Shown piece after piece: positions 10,280 to 19,335 of a DNA stretch of 55,091 bases. Origin of the DNA: an uncultured Bacilli bacterium. Lineage in GTDB: Bacteria; Bacillota_I; Bacilli_A; RF39; UBA660. Positions within the stretch are counted from its first letter, which is position 1; every line of letters begins with the position of its first letter. The notes beneath the pieces are model-generated. The model saw nothing but the letters and a program-made list of their open reading frames with translations. It made no database searches and had not been told where the DNA came from. The translations under genes were made by a program, and so were the position numbers. The stretch spans positions 1-55,091 of the forward strand of contig CANQBI010000004.1 in NCBI GenBank assembly GCA_947589435.1, given 5' to 3'.

Positions 10280-10360
10280 GTGAATAAAAAAGAAGCTTGG
10301 GAAAAATTTAAAAAAAGTGGCAAAATAGAAGATTATTTAAATTATAAAAAATGTAAGTAA
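10280..10360 (+). CDS. YqzL-like small protein (26 aa, not in ORF track)
   Basis: GTG after AGGAAGGTG; MNKKEAWEKFKKSGKIEDYLNYKKCK resembles the W..F..TG.I..YL.YK motif; era-yqzL-recO position. Confidence 0.7.
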   Translation: MNKKEAWEKFKKSGKIEDYLNYKKCK

Positions 10361-10372
10361 GAAGTGATATAA

Positions 10373-11104
10373 GTGTTAGAAAAAGTAGAAGGTATTGTCT
10401 TAAAAGAAACTCCTTATGGAGATACTTCCAAGATAATTAATGTTTTAACTAAGGAATATGGCATCATTGGTCTTATGTGTAAGGGGGCTAAAAGTGTTAA
10501 AAGTCCTCTTCGGAGTGTTACTTTAAAACTTAGTTATGGTGTATTCAATATTTATTATAAAAAAGATAAACTTTCTACACTTGTATCTGTCGATATCATT
10601 AATGAATTTAAAAATATTCGAAGTGATATTTATAAAGTTAGTTATGCTTCTTACATTACCGATTTAGTAAGTCAAGTTTTAAAAGGTGTTAAAGAAGATA
10701 ATATTTATAATGATTATATTAATACTCTTTTAAAAATGGAAGAAGGCTTAGATCCCTTAATTTTAACCAATATTTTAGAAGTTAAACTATTAGATTACCT
10801 AGGAGTAGGTATCAATGTTACAAGTTGTATCTCTTGTGGTAATAAAAAAGAAATTGTTACGTTATCTAGTGAACGAGGAGGACTTCTTTGTAAGAATTGT
10901 TATAAGGGTGAAAGAATTATGCCTTTATCTATTATTAAAGTTATTAATATGTATTATCTAGTTGATATTAAAAGTATAAGTAAATTAGATATCAAAGATA
11001 ATATTAAGAAAGAAATAAATAATTTCTTAACTAATTATTATGATGATTATACTGGTTTATATTTAAAAAGTAAGGATTTTTTGAAAACAATAGAAAAGTT
11101 ATAA
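10373..11104 (+). CDS. recO: DNA repair protein RecO
   Basis: GIVLK...YGD..KII..LT.EYG, CxxC...CxxC zinc site. Confidence 0.95.
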   Translation: MLEKVEGIVLKETPYGDTSKIINVLTKEYGIIGLMCKGAKSVKSPLRSVTLKLSYGVFNIYYKKDKLSTLVSVDIINEFKNIRSDIYKVSYASYITDLVSQVLKGVKEDNIYNDYINTLLKMEEGLDPLILTNILEVKLLDYLGVGINVTSCISCGNKKEIVTLSSERGGLLCKNCYKGERIMPLSIIKVINMYYLVDIKSISKLDIKDNIKKEINNFLTNYYDDYTGLYLKSKDFLKTIEKL

Positions 11105-11319
11105 ATCTATTGTTTTTTTATGGGTGGAATAAATTTTAATAAAACTTTCAAGGTTCCATTTTGGAACCTTGAAGATAACTTAAAACATAGAATGAAACTT
11201 GAAGTTCCAATTTGGGACTTCAAGTTGGAAATTAAAAATAATATGATAAATTGCGGTTCCATTTTGGAACCGCAAATAACAAATAAAAGTGCAATTCACA
11301 AAAATGTTACAAAAAGTTG

Positions 11320-11348
11320 TTGACAAATATTAGTTCGTGTAATATACT
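11320..11348 (+). promoter_or_regulatory. Sigma-A-type promoter of ORF6N gene
   Basis: TTGACA-N17-TATACT. Confidence 0.75.
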
Positions 11349-11470
11349 TGATATATCGGTAACAATTAAGTGTTAAATATTAATACTTATATTTTATTAA
11401 ATTATTAATGTTTAAATTTGAAGTTCCATTTTGGAACTTCAAGTTAACAAAAAAAGGAGGAGGAAAGATA

Positions 11471-12346
11471 ATGAATAATTTAATGGTAAAAGAAAATGAA
11501 ATAACAAATAAAATTTACAATATAAGGGGAGTTCAAGTAATGCTTGATAGCGATTTAGCTAAACTTTATGGTTGTACAAATGGAACTAAAGAAATAAATC
11601 AAGCTGTAAAAAGAAATATTGATAAATTTCCAGAAGATTTTTATTTTCAATTAACTGAAAATGAATATAATTATTTGCGGTCACAATTTGTGACCGCAAA
11701 TAGAAATATGAGTAGAACCTTACCATATGTTTTTACTGAACAAGGAGTAGCTATGCTTGCTACAGTATTAAAAACTGAGGTCGCTTCTAAAGTTAGTGTA
11801 GCAATAATGAAAGCCTTTGTTATTATGCATAAATATATTTCTAATGATTTAATTGAGCAAAAACATATTAATAATATGGTAATTCAACATGATGAAGATA
11901 TCAAAGTATTAAAAGAATCTTTTGATAGTTTTAAAGAAACCAAAAAAGTAAATGAAATATATTTTAATGGTCAAATATATGATGCATATTCTAAAATAGT
12001 AGATATTTTAAAAGAAGCTAAAAAAAGTATAGTTATAATAGATAATTATGCTGATAAAAGTATTTTAGATATGATAAGAGATATAAAAGTAAAAGTACTA
12101 TTAATATGTAAAAGTAATGGGTTATTAAAAAATATTGATATTGAAAAATATAATAAACAATATAATAATTTAGAAGTTAAATATAATGATACTTTTCATG
12201 ATAGATATATAATACTAGATAATAAAACAATCTATCATTGTGGATCTTCCTTAAATCATTTAGGAAATAAAACTTTTAGTATTAATAAGTTAGAAGATGA
12301 AGATATTATTGATTTATTAATTAATAAAATAAAAAGTTTTAATTAA
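11471..12346 (+). CDS. ORF6N-domain DNA-binding protein with C-terminal PLD-like domain
   Basis: IRG.QVMLDSDLA.LY, NQAVKRN...FP.DF.FQL, PYVFTEQGVAML; IIDNY..FHDRYIILD..YH.G.S.N; start after GGAGGAGG RBS. Confidence 0.88.
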   Translation: MNNLMVKENEITNKIYNIRGVQVMLDSDLAKLYGCTNGTKEINQAVKRNIDKFPEDFYFQLTENEYNYLRSQFVTANRNMSRTLPYVFTEQGVAMLATVLKTEVASKVSVAIMKAFVIMHKYISNDLIEQKHINNMVIQHDEDIKVLKESFDSFKETKKVNEIYFNGQIYDAYSKIVDILKEAKKSIVIIDNYADKSILDMIRDIKVKVLLICKSNGLLKNIDIEKYNKQYNNLEVKYNDTFHDRYIILDNKTIYHCGSSLNHLGNKTFSINKLEDEDIIDLLINKIKSFN

Positions 12347-12474
12347 TTCTAAGGTTCCATTTTGGAACCTTAGAATTAAAATAAGATAAATTTAATCTTA
12401 TGTATCTAAATTAATTATTGTTTAAATAATAAAAATAAATTATACTAATAGATAAGAAGTGGTAGGTGTTAAAA

Positions 12475-13113
12475 ATGGCTAATATGGTTTTTAAGTATAG
12501 TGCAATGAATGGTGGAAAAACAATTAATATTTTACAAACTGCTTATAGTTATGAAAGTAATGGTTTTAAGGTAGTTGTAATTAAATCAAAAAAAGATACT
12601 AAAGGTAAAAATACTATTGTTTCAAGAAATGGAATGAATAGAGAAGTAGATGTATTACTTAGAGAAACAGAGTCATTGTTAACTCCGAAAAATTATAAAA
12701 TATATTATACTGCTAAAGTTATTTTAGTAGATGAAGTAGAATTATTAAACGAAAGTCAAATTAAAGAATTGTGGACAATTGCTCATTTAATAAATATTCC
12801 TGTTATTTGCTATGGCTTAAAGAGTAATTTTAAAGGAGATATCTTTGGTGAAGGAGTATCCCAAATATTTGCTATTGCCGATATAGTAGAAGAAATTGGT
12901 AGTAGTAGTTTATGTCTATGTGGAAAGAAGGCTACCTTTAATGCTCGTAAAATAAATGACAAGTTTACAGATGAAGGGGAGATAGTGGTTATTGATGGAT
13001 CAAATGATTCGGTTGAGTATGTTCCTTTATGTTCTGACTGTTATTTAAAATATGTAAAAATCAGTAGTAAAGAAAGTAAAAAACTTGCCGAATTAGTTGA
13101 AAAAATAAGATAA
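12475..13113 (+). CDS. tdk: Thymidine kinase
   Basis: YSAMNGGKT, SRNG, ILVDE, VICYGL...F.G, CG.KA.FNAR, Y..LC..C. Confidence 0.92.
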   Translation: MANMVFKYSAMNGGKTINILQTAYSYESNGFKVVVIKSKKDTKGKNTIVSRNGMNREVDVLLRETESLLTPKNYKIYYTAKVILVDEVELLNESQIKELWTIAHLINIPVICYGLKSNFKGDIFGEGVSQIFAIADIVEEIGSSSLCLCGKKATFNARKINDKFTDEGEIVVIDGSNDSVEYVPLCSDCYLKYVKISSKESKKLAELVEKIR

Positions 13114-13141
13114 TAAAAACGCTACTTTAAATAGTAGCATT

Positions 13142-13375
13142 TTATTTGTCTTCGTTGAATAATTCTTTTATATCTATTTCTAAAGCATCAGCAATTCTAG
13201 TTAAAGAAGGAATAGTAAATCCTCTTTGCATTTTTAGACTTTCTATTTTAGATATATAATTCATAGTTAATCCCGCTTTGTCCGCTAACTCTTGTTGAGT
13301 TAGATTTTTTAACTTGCGATATTTTTTAATATTCTTTCTAATAACATCAAAATAATAAGTATCCACATGTTTCAT
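13142..13375 (-). CDS. XRE-family HTH regulator, divergent from cassette 2
   Basis: NIKKYR....LTQQELA..AG....YIS.IE; start chosen from AGGTGG RBS. Confidence 0.9.
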   Translation of the reverse strand: MKHVDTYYFDVIRKNIKKYRKLKNLTQQELADKAGLTMNYISKIESLKMQRGFTIPSLTRIADALEIDIKELFNEDK

Positions 13376-13387
13376 AATGCACCACCT

Positions 13388-13450
13388 GTCCATATTATTA
13401 CAAAAAAATTTATTTTTACATATGGACACATTGTCCATAAAATGGTATAA
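13388..13450. promoter_or_regulatory. Candidate XRE operator and cassette 2 promoter
   Basis: Palindrome TATGGACA-CAT-TGTCCATA (~13421-13439), extra half-site TGTCCATA at 13388, then TGGTATAAT. Confidence 0.6.
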
Positions 13451-13505
13451 TCAAAATAGATAAAAATAGATTGCTGTTTCGGTATTTCAAACAAAGAGGT
13501 GAAAT

Positions 13506-14207
13506 ATGATAAAAGAAAGAATAAAAAAATTATTAGATATAAGAATAATATATATAGTTATAGGCTTTTTTGTTATTGTTTTATTTATATGTTTAAAAGG
13601 AACTCACGCTTATTATAATTATTCAACGGGACCAGTTCCAATATTTACTGGTAAAGTAGGAAATTTTGCTGGTAAAGGAGATACCAGCACTTTAGATACA
13701 AATACCGATGTTAACTTACTTTTTTATGTTCAAGATATCACTAATCCTAAAAATTATACTATTATGGAAGGTACACCGGTTTTAGTATCAGGTTATGTAT
13801 TAAGTGAAAAGAAAAGTAATTGTATTCCAATTGATGCCACATATGAAAAATATTCTGATAAAGATTATTCAATAAGTGATGATGGAACAGTAACAGTAAA
13901 AGTAAGTCAAAGTAAACCTAATCAAGTAGTATGTCGAATATATTATGATTATGGTAAAGACTTAACTAAAGATGATGTTATAGTGTTTGCGTTAATTGAA
14001 GATCCATTAGGTATGGTTGTTTATAATAAAAATAGCAAACATTATACAATGACAGAAACAATACCAACAAGTGGATATACTTATGATAGTTCAAACTGTA
14101 ATGATATAAATAATATAAAAACAGAAATAAATTATGATACAACAAAAGGCATTACATTTAAAACGGATGGTCCAAATATATGTTATGCATATTTTAATAA
14201 AAATTAG
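13506..14207 (+). CDS. Cassette 2 gene A, secreted/membrane-anchored Cys-containing protein
   Basis: TM then GTHAYY..PIFTGKVGNFAG; SNC, VCRIYY, CYAYF shared with paralogs. Confidence 0.85.
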   Translation: MIKERIKKLLDIRIIYIVIGFFVIVLFICLKGTHAYYNYSTGPVPIFTGKVGNFAGKGDTSTLDTNTDVNLLFYVQDITNPKNYTIMEGTPVLVSGYVLSEKKSNCIPIDATYEKYSDKDYSISDDGTVTVKVSQSKPNQVVCRIYYDYGKDLTKDDVIVFALIEDPLGMVVYNKNSKHYTMTETIPTSGYTYDSSNCNDINNIKTEINYDTTKGITFKTDGPNICYAYFNKN

Positions 14208-14217
14208 GAGGTAAGAA

Positions 14218-15468
14218 ATGAAAAAGAGAGTATTAAATATAATAGTGGTTATAATAACAATTGGAATAATATATGAAGCATACAGCTATTTTAATATGAA
14301 ACCAAATAATAAAGTTTTAGAGAATATTAAGATAGTAGATAAATTTGATAAAAACGATAAATCACTATCTATAATGATTCAAAATGATGGAATATCAGAT
14401 GGCGAAACGGAATATGGCTGGCATGAAGCAGAAGATAAAAGTAAATGGCCAGATTTAACAAAATACAGTTATGCAGGGACAGAATGTACAGATGCTAGTG
14501 GAGCAAAGGTTGATAATCCAAGACAATATTTACAATTTGATGAAGTAAACAAAGAAGCTACAATTACAACAAAGAAAACCATATATTGTACATTATACTT
14601 TGGAAAAGGAAGACCAGCATTAGAAACATTAGATGCTCAAGGAGGAGCATATTATGCTGGAGGTCAAACAGGAGATTCAAAAGTAGCAGTAGAAGGATTA
14701 TATAGATTTAAAGGAACATATGAAGAAGTAACAAACAACTTTATATGTATAGGAGGCCCAAAAAATCCTGAAACTTGTGGAAGTGCCGAAAACAATAAAT
14801 ACTTGTATCGCATAATAGGAGTAACAGATGGAACAGAATCAGATGAAAGTAATTCCTTAGGATTAGATAAAGGAATGCTAAAAGTAATCAAAGTAATACC
14901 ATCAAGCACAAGCCAAGCATGGGCGAGTTATGACATTATTAGTTACTTTACATGGGATTATAAGGATAGTACAGAAAGTTTAGGAGCAGTAGCGAGATGG
15001 ACATTGAATAACACATTCTATAATGGATTAGGAGGAGTAAAAGGCTTAATAAAAGATGTATATTGGTGGAAAGGTGATAATACCAGTGAAACTTATGCAT
15101 CTGAATCAAAAACAAGAACAAGCGAAAAATACCCAGTAGGTTTAATGTACAAAAGTGATTATTATAATTCATGGACATATAAAGGTTATCCTAGTTATAC
15201 AAATAGTTGGTTACATATAATTTACACAATGAGCGGAAAAACAGGAACATATGGAAGTACATATGAATGGACCATGACTAGGGGTTCTGCCAACAACACT
15301 GGCGCTTACGAGGCGTGGTATTTGGATTACCGTGGAGATTTGGCCCGTCGTAGTGTAGAGATGAAATATGCAATCCGGCCGGTTTTCTATCTAAAACCCG
15401 ATGTAAGTATAATAGGGACAGGAACTGAATCGAGTCCATATATAATAACGACATTAACTGATAATTAA
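14218..15468 (+). CDS. Cassette 2 gene B, surface protein with DGR-target-like C-terminus
   Basis: EWTMTR..AWY....G.L....V...YAIRPVFYL; segment 15280-15390 is GC-rich. Confidence 0.85.
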   Translation: MKKRVLNIIVVIITIGIIYEAYSYFNMKPNNKVLENIKIVDKFDKNDKSLSIMIQNDGISDGETEYGWHEAEDKSKWPDLTKYSYAGTECTDASGAKVDNPRQYLQFDEVNKEATITTKKTIYCTLYFGKGRPALETLDAQGGAYYAGGQTGDSKVAVEGLYRFKGTYEEVTNNFICIGGPKNPETCGSAENNKYLYRIIGVTDGTESDESNSLGLDKGMLKVIKVIPSSTSQAWASYDIISYFTWDYKDSTESLGAVARWTLNNTFYNGLGGVKGLIKDVYWWKGDNTSETYASESKTRTSEKYPVGLMYKSDYYNSWTYKGYPSYTNSWLHIIYTMSGKTGTYGSTYEWTMTRGSANNTGAYEAWYLDYRGDLARRSVEMKYAIRPVFYLKPDVSIIGTGTESSPYIITTLTDN

Positions 15469-15480
15469 AATTAATATAAT

Positions 15481-15588
15481 TACTTGACAAAGTTCGACAG
15501 ATTCGTCGAATTTTGTCATAATATTAGAAGTTTTGACAACATTTGTCGAACGACTTGACTTAGTAAAAAATATCTATAAAATATAGTC
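15481..15588 (+). repeat. 108-bp palindrome plus promoter element, copy 1 (copy 2 at 30213-30320)
   Basis: About 101/108 identical; TGACAAAGTTCGAC..GTCGAATTTTGTCA inverted repeat; TTGACT-N16-TAAAAT. Confidence 0.9.
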
Positions 15589-15592
15589 CTCG

Positions 15593-15627
15593 AAACGAGA
15601 AGTATTAGAAAATATTTCTCGTTTTTT
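15593..15627 (+). terminator. Terminator-like attenuator in the leader of the PemK-like gene
   Basis: AAACGAGAAGTATT-AGAA-AATATTTCTCGTTT followed by further T. Confidence 0.7.
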
Positions 15628-15644
15628 AAAGAGAGGAAAATATT

Positions 15645-16160
15645 ATGAAAACAAAAATTGAAAAAGAAAATCAAATTCAAAAAATTGAAAAAAGTACGGA
15701 AAATTACAAAAAAGCTTATAAATCAAAAAATCCTAAATTCTTTAAATTAGGTAGTTGGTTAAAAAAAGAGTCAACAGTTTTTAAAAACGAAAAATATTTT
15801 AATGATGAATTAAAGCCGAGTTTTGAAAGAGGAGAAATAATTAAAGTTGATTTTGGAGTTAATATGGGATCAGAATTATCTAATGTTCATTTTGCTATTG
15901 TTTTAAATAGTGATGATAACGAAGTTGTCGATAATATAACTGTTTTGCCTTTATCTTCTAAAGAAGGATATAAAAGATTATGTTTAGGAAAATTAAAAGT
16001 ATCTAATTATCCAAGATATGATAAAACTTCTTATGCATTAATTACTCAAATAACTACAATAAGTAAAAGTAAAATTATATTAGAAAAAAATAAATATTAT
16101 TGTAGTGCAGAAATAATGGACTTAATAGATTTAGAAATTATTGATTATTTAACAAAATAA
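15645..16160 (+). CDS. PemK/MazF-family endoribonuclease-like protein with N-terminal extension; no adjacent antitoxin ORF
   Basis: RGEII.VDFG.N.GSE....HFAIVL..D......ITV.PLSSK and A.I.QITTISK.KI. Confidence 0.85.
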   Translation: MKTKIEKENQIQKIEKSTENYKKAYKSKNPKFFKLGSWLKKESTVFKNEKYFNDELKPSFERGEIIKVDFGVNMGSELSNVHFAIVLNSDDNEVVDNITVLPLSSKEGYKRLCLGKLKVSNYPRYDKTSYALITQITTISKSKIILEKNKYYCSAEIMDLIDLEIIDYLTK

Positions 16161-16188
16161 AAATGACTATTATTTTATATAATAGTCA
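16159..16188 (-). terminator. Intrinsic terminator of the minus-strand RNA
   Basis: Perfect 10-bp stem TGACTATTAT/ATAATAGTCA with A-run on the left, a U-tail on the minus strand. Confidence 0.8.
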
Positions 16189-16716
16189 AATGGTTCAGAT
16201 AGAACCCAGTCCGTATGGATTATATTATCCATGCACGCAACATCAATGCTTAAGCATAATGTTGATACGTCCGCAAAGGGACACAGTAGCCGTAGATTAA
16301 CTACGACGGCAGCATAATTGTAATAACAATTTGCCACACGCAGCATTAATACAAAAGTATAATGCCGATACGCCCGCTAGGGGCACAGTTTGGAGTTACA
16401 ATACCGTAACTCTTTTTGATTCTCACGAATCCAGTCCGTATAGACTATTAAGTCTATACCCGCGGTAAAATGCTAAGCATAATACCGATACGCTCTAAGG
16501 CACAGTCTAAGTTACAATATAGTAACTCACTAATTGGTTCAGATAGAACCCAGTCCATATAGATTAAATCTATATGCGTAGTAATATGTATTTACATATT
16601 ACTGAAATGCCCGCTAAAGGGGCCAGTCACGTGTAGAATAAATCCACACCCAACGACTTAATGTCGTATGTCCATAAATTATGGACCAGTTGAGAGTTAC
16701 TTTTTCGTAACTTCTA
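16159..16716 (-). ncRNA. ~550-nt structured non-coding RNA of degenerate hairpin modules separated by ACUG
   Basis: No ORF in the track; GC above background; back-to-back inverted repeats; eight CAGT on plus strand; exact 22-bp repeat 16191-16212 / 16535-16556; bounded by promoter and terminator. Confidence 0.8.
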
Positions 16717-16721
16717 AACCA

Positions 16722-16750
16722 ATTATACAATATATTTTAAGATAATGCAA
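16722..16750 (-). promoter_or_regulatory. Sigma-A-type promoter for the hairpin-array RNA
   Basis: Minus strand TTGCAT-N17-TATAAT. Confidence 0.8.
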
Positions 16751-16809
16751 CAGAATTGTTACAAAAAATAATAAATTGTTGCTAAATTTTGCTAAATAAT
16801 ATATAATTT

Positions 16810-16940
16810 AAGACATACAAGTGATGACGGTGTGGAAAGCCCGAGCTATATAGTTAAGAGAGATTCTTCTTTAGAATAAGTAAGGTGGAACCGCGGAAAA
16901 AATTTTCGTCCTTACAAATTTTAAAGAAGTTTTTTATTTT
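16810..16940 (+). promoter_or_regulatory. T-box leader of glyS (short or atypical stem I)
   Basis: AAGGTGGAACCGCG T-box at ~16882-16895, CGTCCTT antiterminator arm, T-rich end; upstream of an aaRS gene. Confidence 0.8.
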
Positions 16941-16953
16941 GAAGGAGGAAATT

Positions 16954-18345
16954 ATGGAAGAAGAAAAGAAAAAAGTAACAATGGAAGATTTAGTTAATTA
17001 TTCCAAACAATATGGTTTTATTTTTGCGGGTAGTGAAATATATGGAGGTTTAGCTAATTCTTGGGATTACGGACCTTTAGGAGCCCTTTTAAAACAAAAT
17101 ATTAAGAATGCTTGGTGGCAAAAGTTTATTAGAGAATGTCCTTATAATTATGGCCTTGATAGTGCCATTTTAATGAACCCTAAAGTTTGGGTTGCATCAG
17201 GACACGTGGCTAATTTTGCGGACCCTTTAATTGATTGTAAACATTGTAAAACTCGTCATAGAGCCGATAAACTAGTAGAAGATTTTACGCATGGAGAAAT
17301 TACTGGAGATGGAATGAGTAATGAAGAATTAGTTAAATTAATTAAAGAAAAAGGTATTACTTGTCCTAAATGTGGTAGTAGTGAATTTACCGATATTCGG
17401 AAATTTAATTTATTATTTGAAACTAGTCAAGGTGTTACGGAAGATACGAAAAGTACTATCTATTTAAGAGGAGAAACTGCCCAAGGTATATTTGTTAACT
17501 TTAAAAATGTGGAAAGAAGTATGCGTGCCAAAATTCCTTTTGGGATTGGGCAATATGGTAAGAGTTTCCGTAATGAAATTACACCAGGAAACTTTATCTT
17601 TAGAGTAAGAGAATTTGAACAAATGGAATTAGAGTTCTTCTGTAAACCAGGTACGGATTTAGAATGGTTTGGTTTTTGGAAAAATTATTGTATAGATTTC
17701 TTAAAACTATTAGGTTTAAAAGAAGAAAACTTAAGATATCGGGATCATTCTAAAGAAGAATTATCATTCTATAGTAAAGCCACTACCGATATTGAATATA
17801 AATTCCCATTTGGTTGGGGTGAACTTTGGGGAATTGCTGATAGAACCGATTACGACTTAGGAGTTCATGAAAAGCATTCCGGTGCTGACCTTAAATATTT
17901 AGATCCCGAAACTCACGAAAAATATTTGCCTTATGTAATTGAGCCATCTGTTGGAGTTGAAAGATTAATTTTAACCTTACTTTGTGATAGTTATACGGAA
18001 GAGTTAGTTGAAAATGGGGATACGCGTTTAGTTTTAAAAATTCATCCTGCACTTGCTCCGATTAAAGCAACCGTTTTACCTTTAGTTAAAAAACTTCATA
18101 GTGAAAAAGCAAGTGATATTTATACTAAACTTTGTGAACATTTCACTTGTAGTTATGATGATGCGGGAAGTATTGGAAAAAGATATAGAAGATGTGATGC
18201 CGTTGGTACCCCATTTACCATTACTGTTGATGATAATACTTTAAATGATGATACAGTAACCATTAGAAATAGAGATACTATGGAACAAATTACTTTAAAA
18301 GTTTCGGAAGTAAAAGATTATATTGAGAGTAAAATAGTATTGTAA
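16954..18345 (+). CDS. glyS: Glycine--tRNA ligase, homodimeric type
   Basis: SEIYGG....[46 protein letters not shown]; ATG after AAGGAGG. Confidence 0.97.
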   Translation: MEEEKKKVTMEDLVNYSKQYGFIFAGSEIYGGLANSWDYGPLGALLKQNIKNAWWQKFIRECPYNYGLDSAILMNPKVWVASGHVANFADPLIDCKHCKTRHRADKLVEDFTHGEITGDGMSNEELVKLIKEKGITCPKCGSSEFTDIRKFNLLFETSQGVTEDTKSTIYLRGETAQGIFVNFKNVERSMRAKIPFGIGQYGKSFRNEITPGNFIFRVREFEQMELEFFCKPGTDLEWFGFWKNYCIDFLKLLGLKEENLRYRDHSKEELSFYSKATTDIEYKFPFGWGELWGIADRTDYDLGVHEKHSGADLKYLDPETHEKYLPYVIEPSVGVERLILTLLCDSYTEELVENGDTRLVLKIHPALAPIKATVLPLVKKLHSEKASDIYTKLCEHFTCSYDDAGSIGKRYRRCDAVGTPFTITVDDNTLNDDTVTIRNRDTMEQITLKVSEVKDYIESKIVL

Positions 18346-18398
18346 AAATTTTATTTATTTGATAAAATAAAATAGAAATAGGATAATGGAGGATAGGT

Positions 18399-18809
18399 AT
18401 GGCATTTAATAAAATTAAAAATTGGTTAAAAGATGATGAAGACAAAGAAGAATTTGAAGGCGAAGAAGAATATTATGCCATTTCAGAAGCTGATGCCTTG
18501 AAAGATGCGGATAAAGCAGGTAATAAAATGATTCTTTTAGAACCTCGTTCATTTTCGGAAGCTCAAGCCATTGCGGATCATTTAAAAAATCGCAATAGTG
18601 TCGTTGTTAATTTAAAAAGAGTAACATCTGCCCAAGCCAAAAGAATAATTGATTTTTTAAGCGGATGTATTTATGCCATAGGGGGAAATATGCAAAAGAT
18701 TGGTGTAGGAATTTACTTATGCACACCAAAAAATGTAAATGTTCAAGGCAAAATAACTGATGATAGTGAGAAAGTTAAAAATGCCAGTGAAGAAGAACTA
18801 GAGTGGTAA
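18399..18809 (+). CDS. sepF: Cell division protein SepF
   Basis: [14 protein letters not shown]....[22 protein letters not shown]. Confidence 0.95.
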   Translation: MAFNKIKNWLKDDEDKEEFEGEEEYYAISEADALKDADKAGNKMILLEPRSFSEAQAIADHLKNRNSVVVNLKRVTSAQAKRIIDFLSGCIYAIGGNMQKIGVGIYLCTPKNVNVQGKITDDSEKVKNASEEELEW

Positions 18810-18826
18810 AAGAGTTGATATAAAAT

Positions 18827-19252
18827 ATGAAAAAATTCACTAGTAGTATACCGGGCTATAATAAAAGTGAAGTTAATTCTTTTGTAGGGCAAGTAACACA
18901 AGAATATGAAAGCATGTTAAATAATTTAAAACAAAAAGATTTAGATATCGAAGCCTTAAAAAAAGAATTAGCCCACTATAAAGAATTAGAAAGCACTTTA
19001 AATAGGGCTATTTTAATCGCGGAAGAATCTTCCCATAATATTAAGAAAAATGCATTTGAAGAAGCTAAACTAGTGGTGGAAAATGCGAGGAAGAATGCCT
19101 CAAGAATTGTGAATAATGCTTTAATTAAAGCTGAAAAAGTTGACCAAGAAGCCCAAGATTTAAAAAGATATATCGAAAGATATAAAGGAAAATATAAAAG
19201 ACTACTAGAAGAAGAATTAGATGCTGTTGAAAAGTTAGATATATTTGATTAA
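18827..19252 (+). CDS. divIVA: DivIVA domain protein
   Basis: F.....GY...EV..F, coiled coil, follows sepF. Confidence 0.85.
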   Translation: MKKFTSSIPGYNKSEVNSFVGQVTQEYESMLNNLKQKDLDIEALKKELAHYKELESTLNRAILIAEESSHNIKKNAFEEAKLVVENARKNASRIVNNALIKAEKVDQEAQDLKRYIERYKGKYKRLLEEELDAVEKLDIFD

Positions 19253-19335
19253 GTATAGAAAATCTATACTTTTTTCTTTACTAAAAGGTTAATTAATAGT
19301 ATACTTTTATTAGAATATAATTGTATGGAGGTTAT

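Larger units (their letters stand above)
11147..12379. repeat. Six related palindromes with 3-nt centres around and inside the ORF6N gene
   Basis: 11147-11173, 11196-11226, 11251-11275, 11418-11442, 12343-12379 (core RGTTCCA-WTT-TGGRACY) and 11672-11702 in the gene (GCGGTCACA-ATT-TGTGACCGC). Confidence 0.9.

Noticed and set aside
11120-11323. 67-aa ORF with VPFWN repeats, and the 11408 start extension
   Set aside because: By-product of the palindromes; no RBS; the real start is 11471 after GGAGGAGG.
16190-16716. CRISPR array or tRNA cluster
   Set aside because: No constant repeat with unique spacers, irregular period (46-102 bp), no cas genes in the window, no cloverleaf or T-loop consensus.
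16885-16953. N-terminal extension of GlyS from GTG 16885
   Set aside because: It lies within the T-box antiterminator; the RBS supports ATG 16954.
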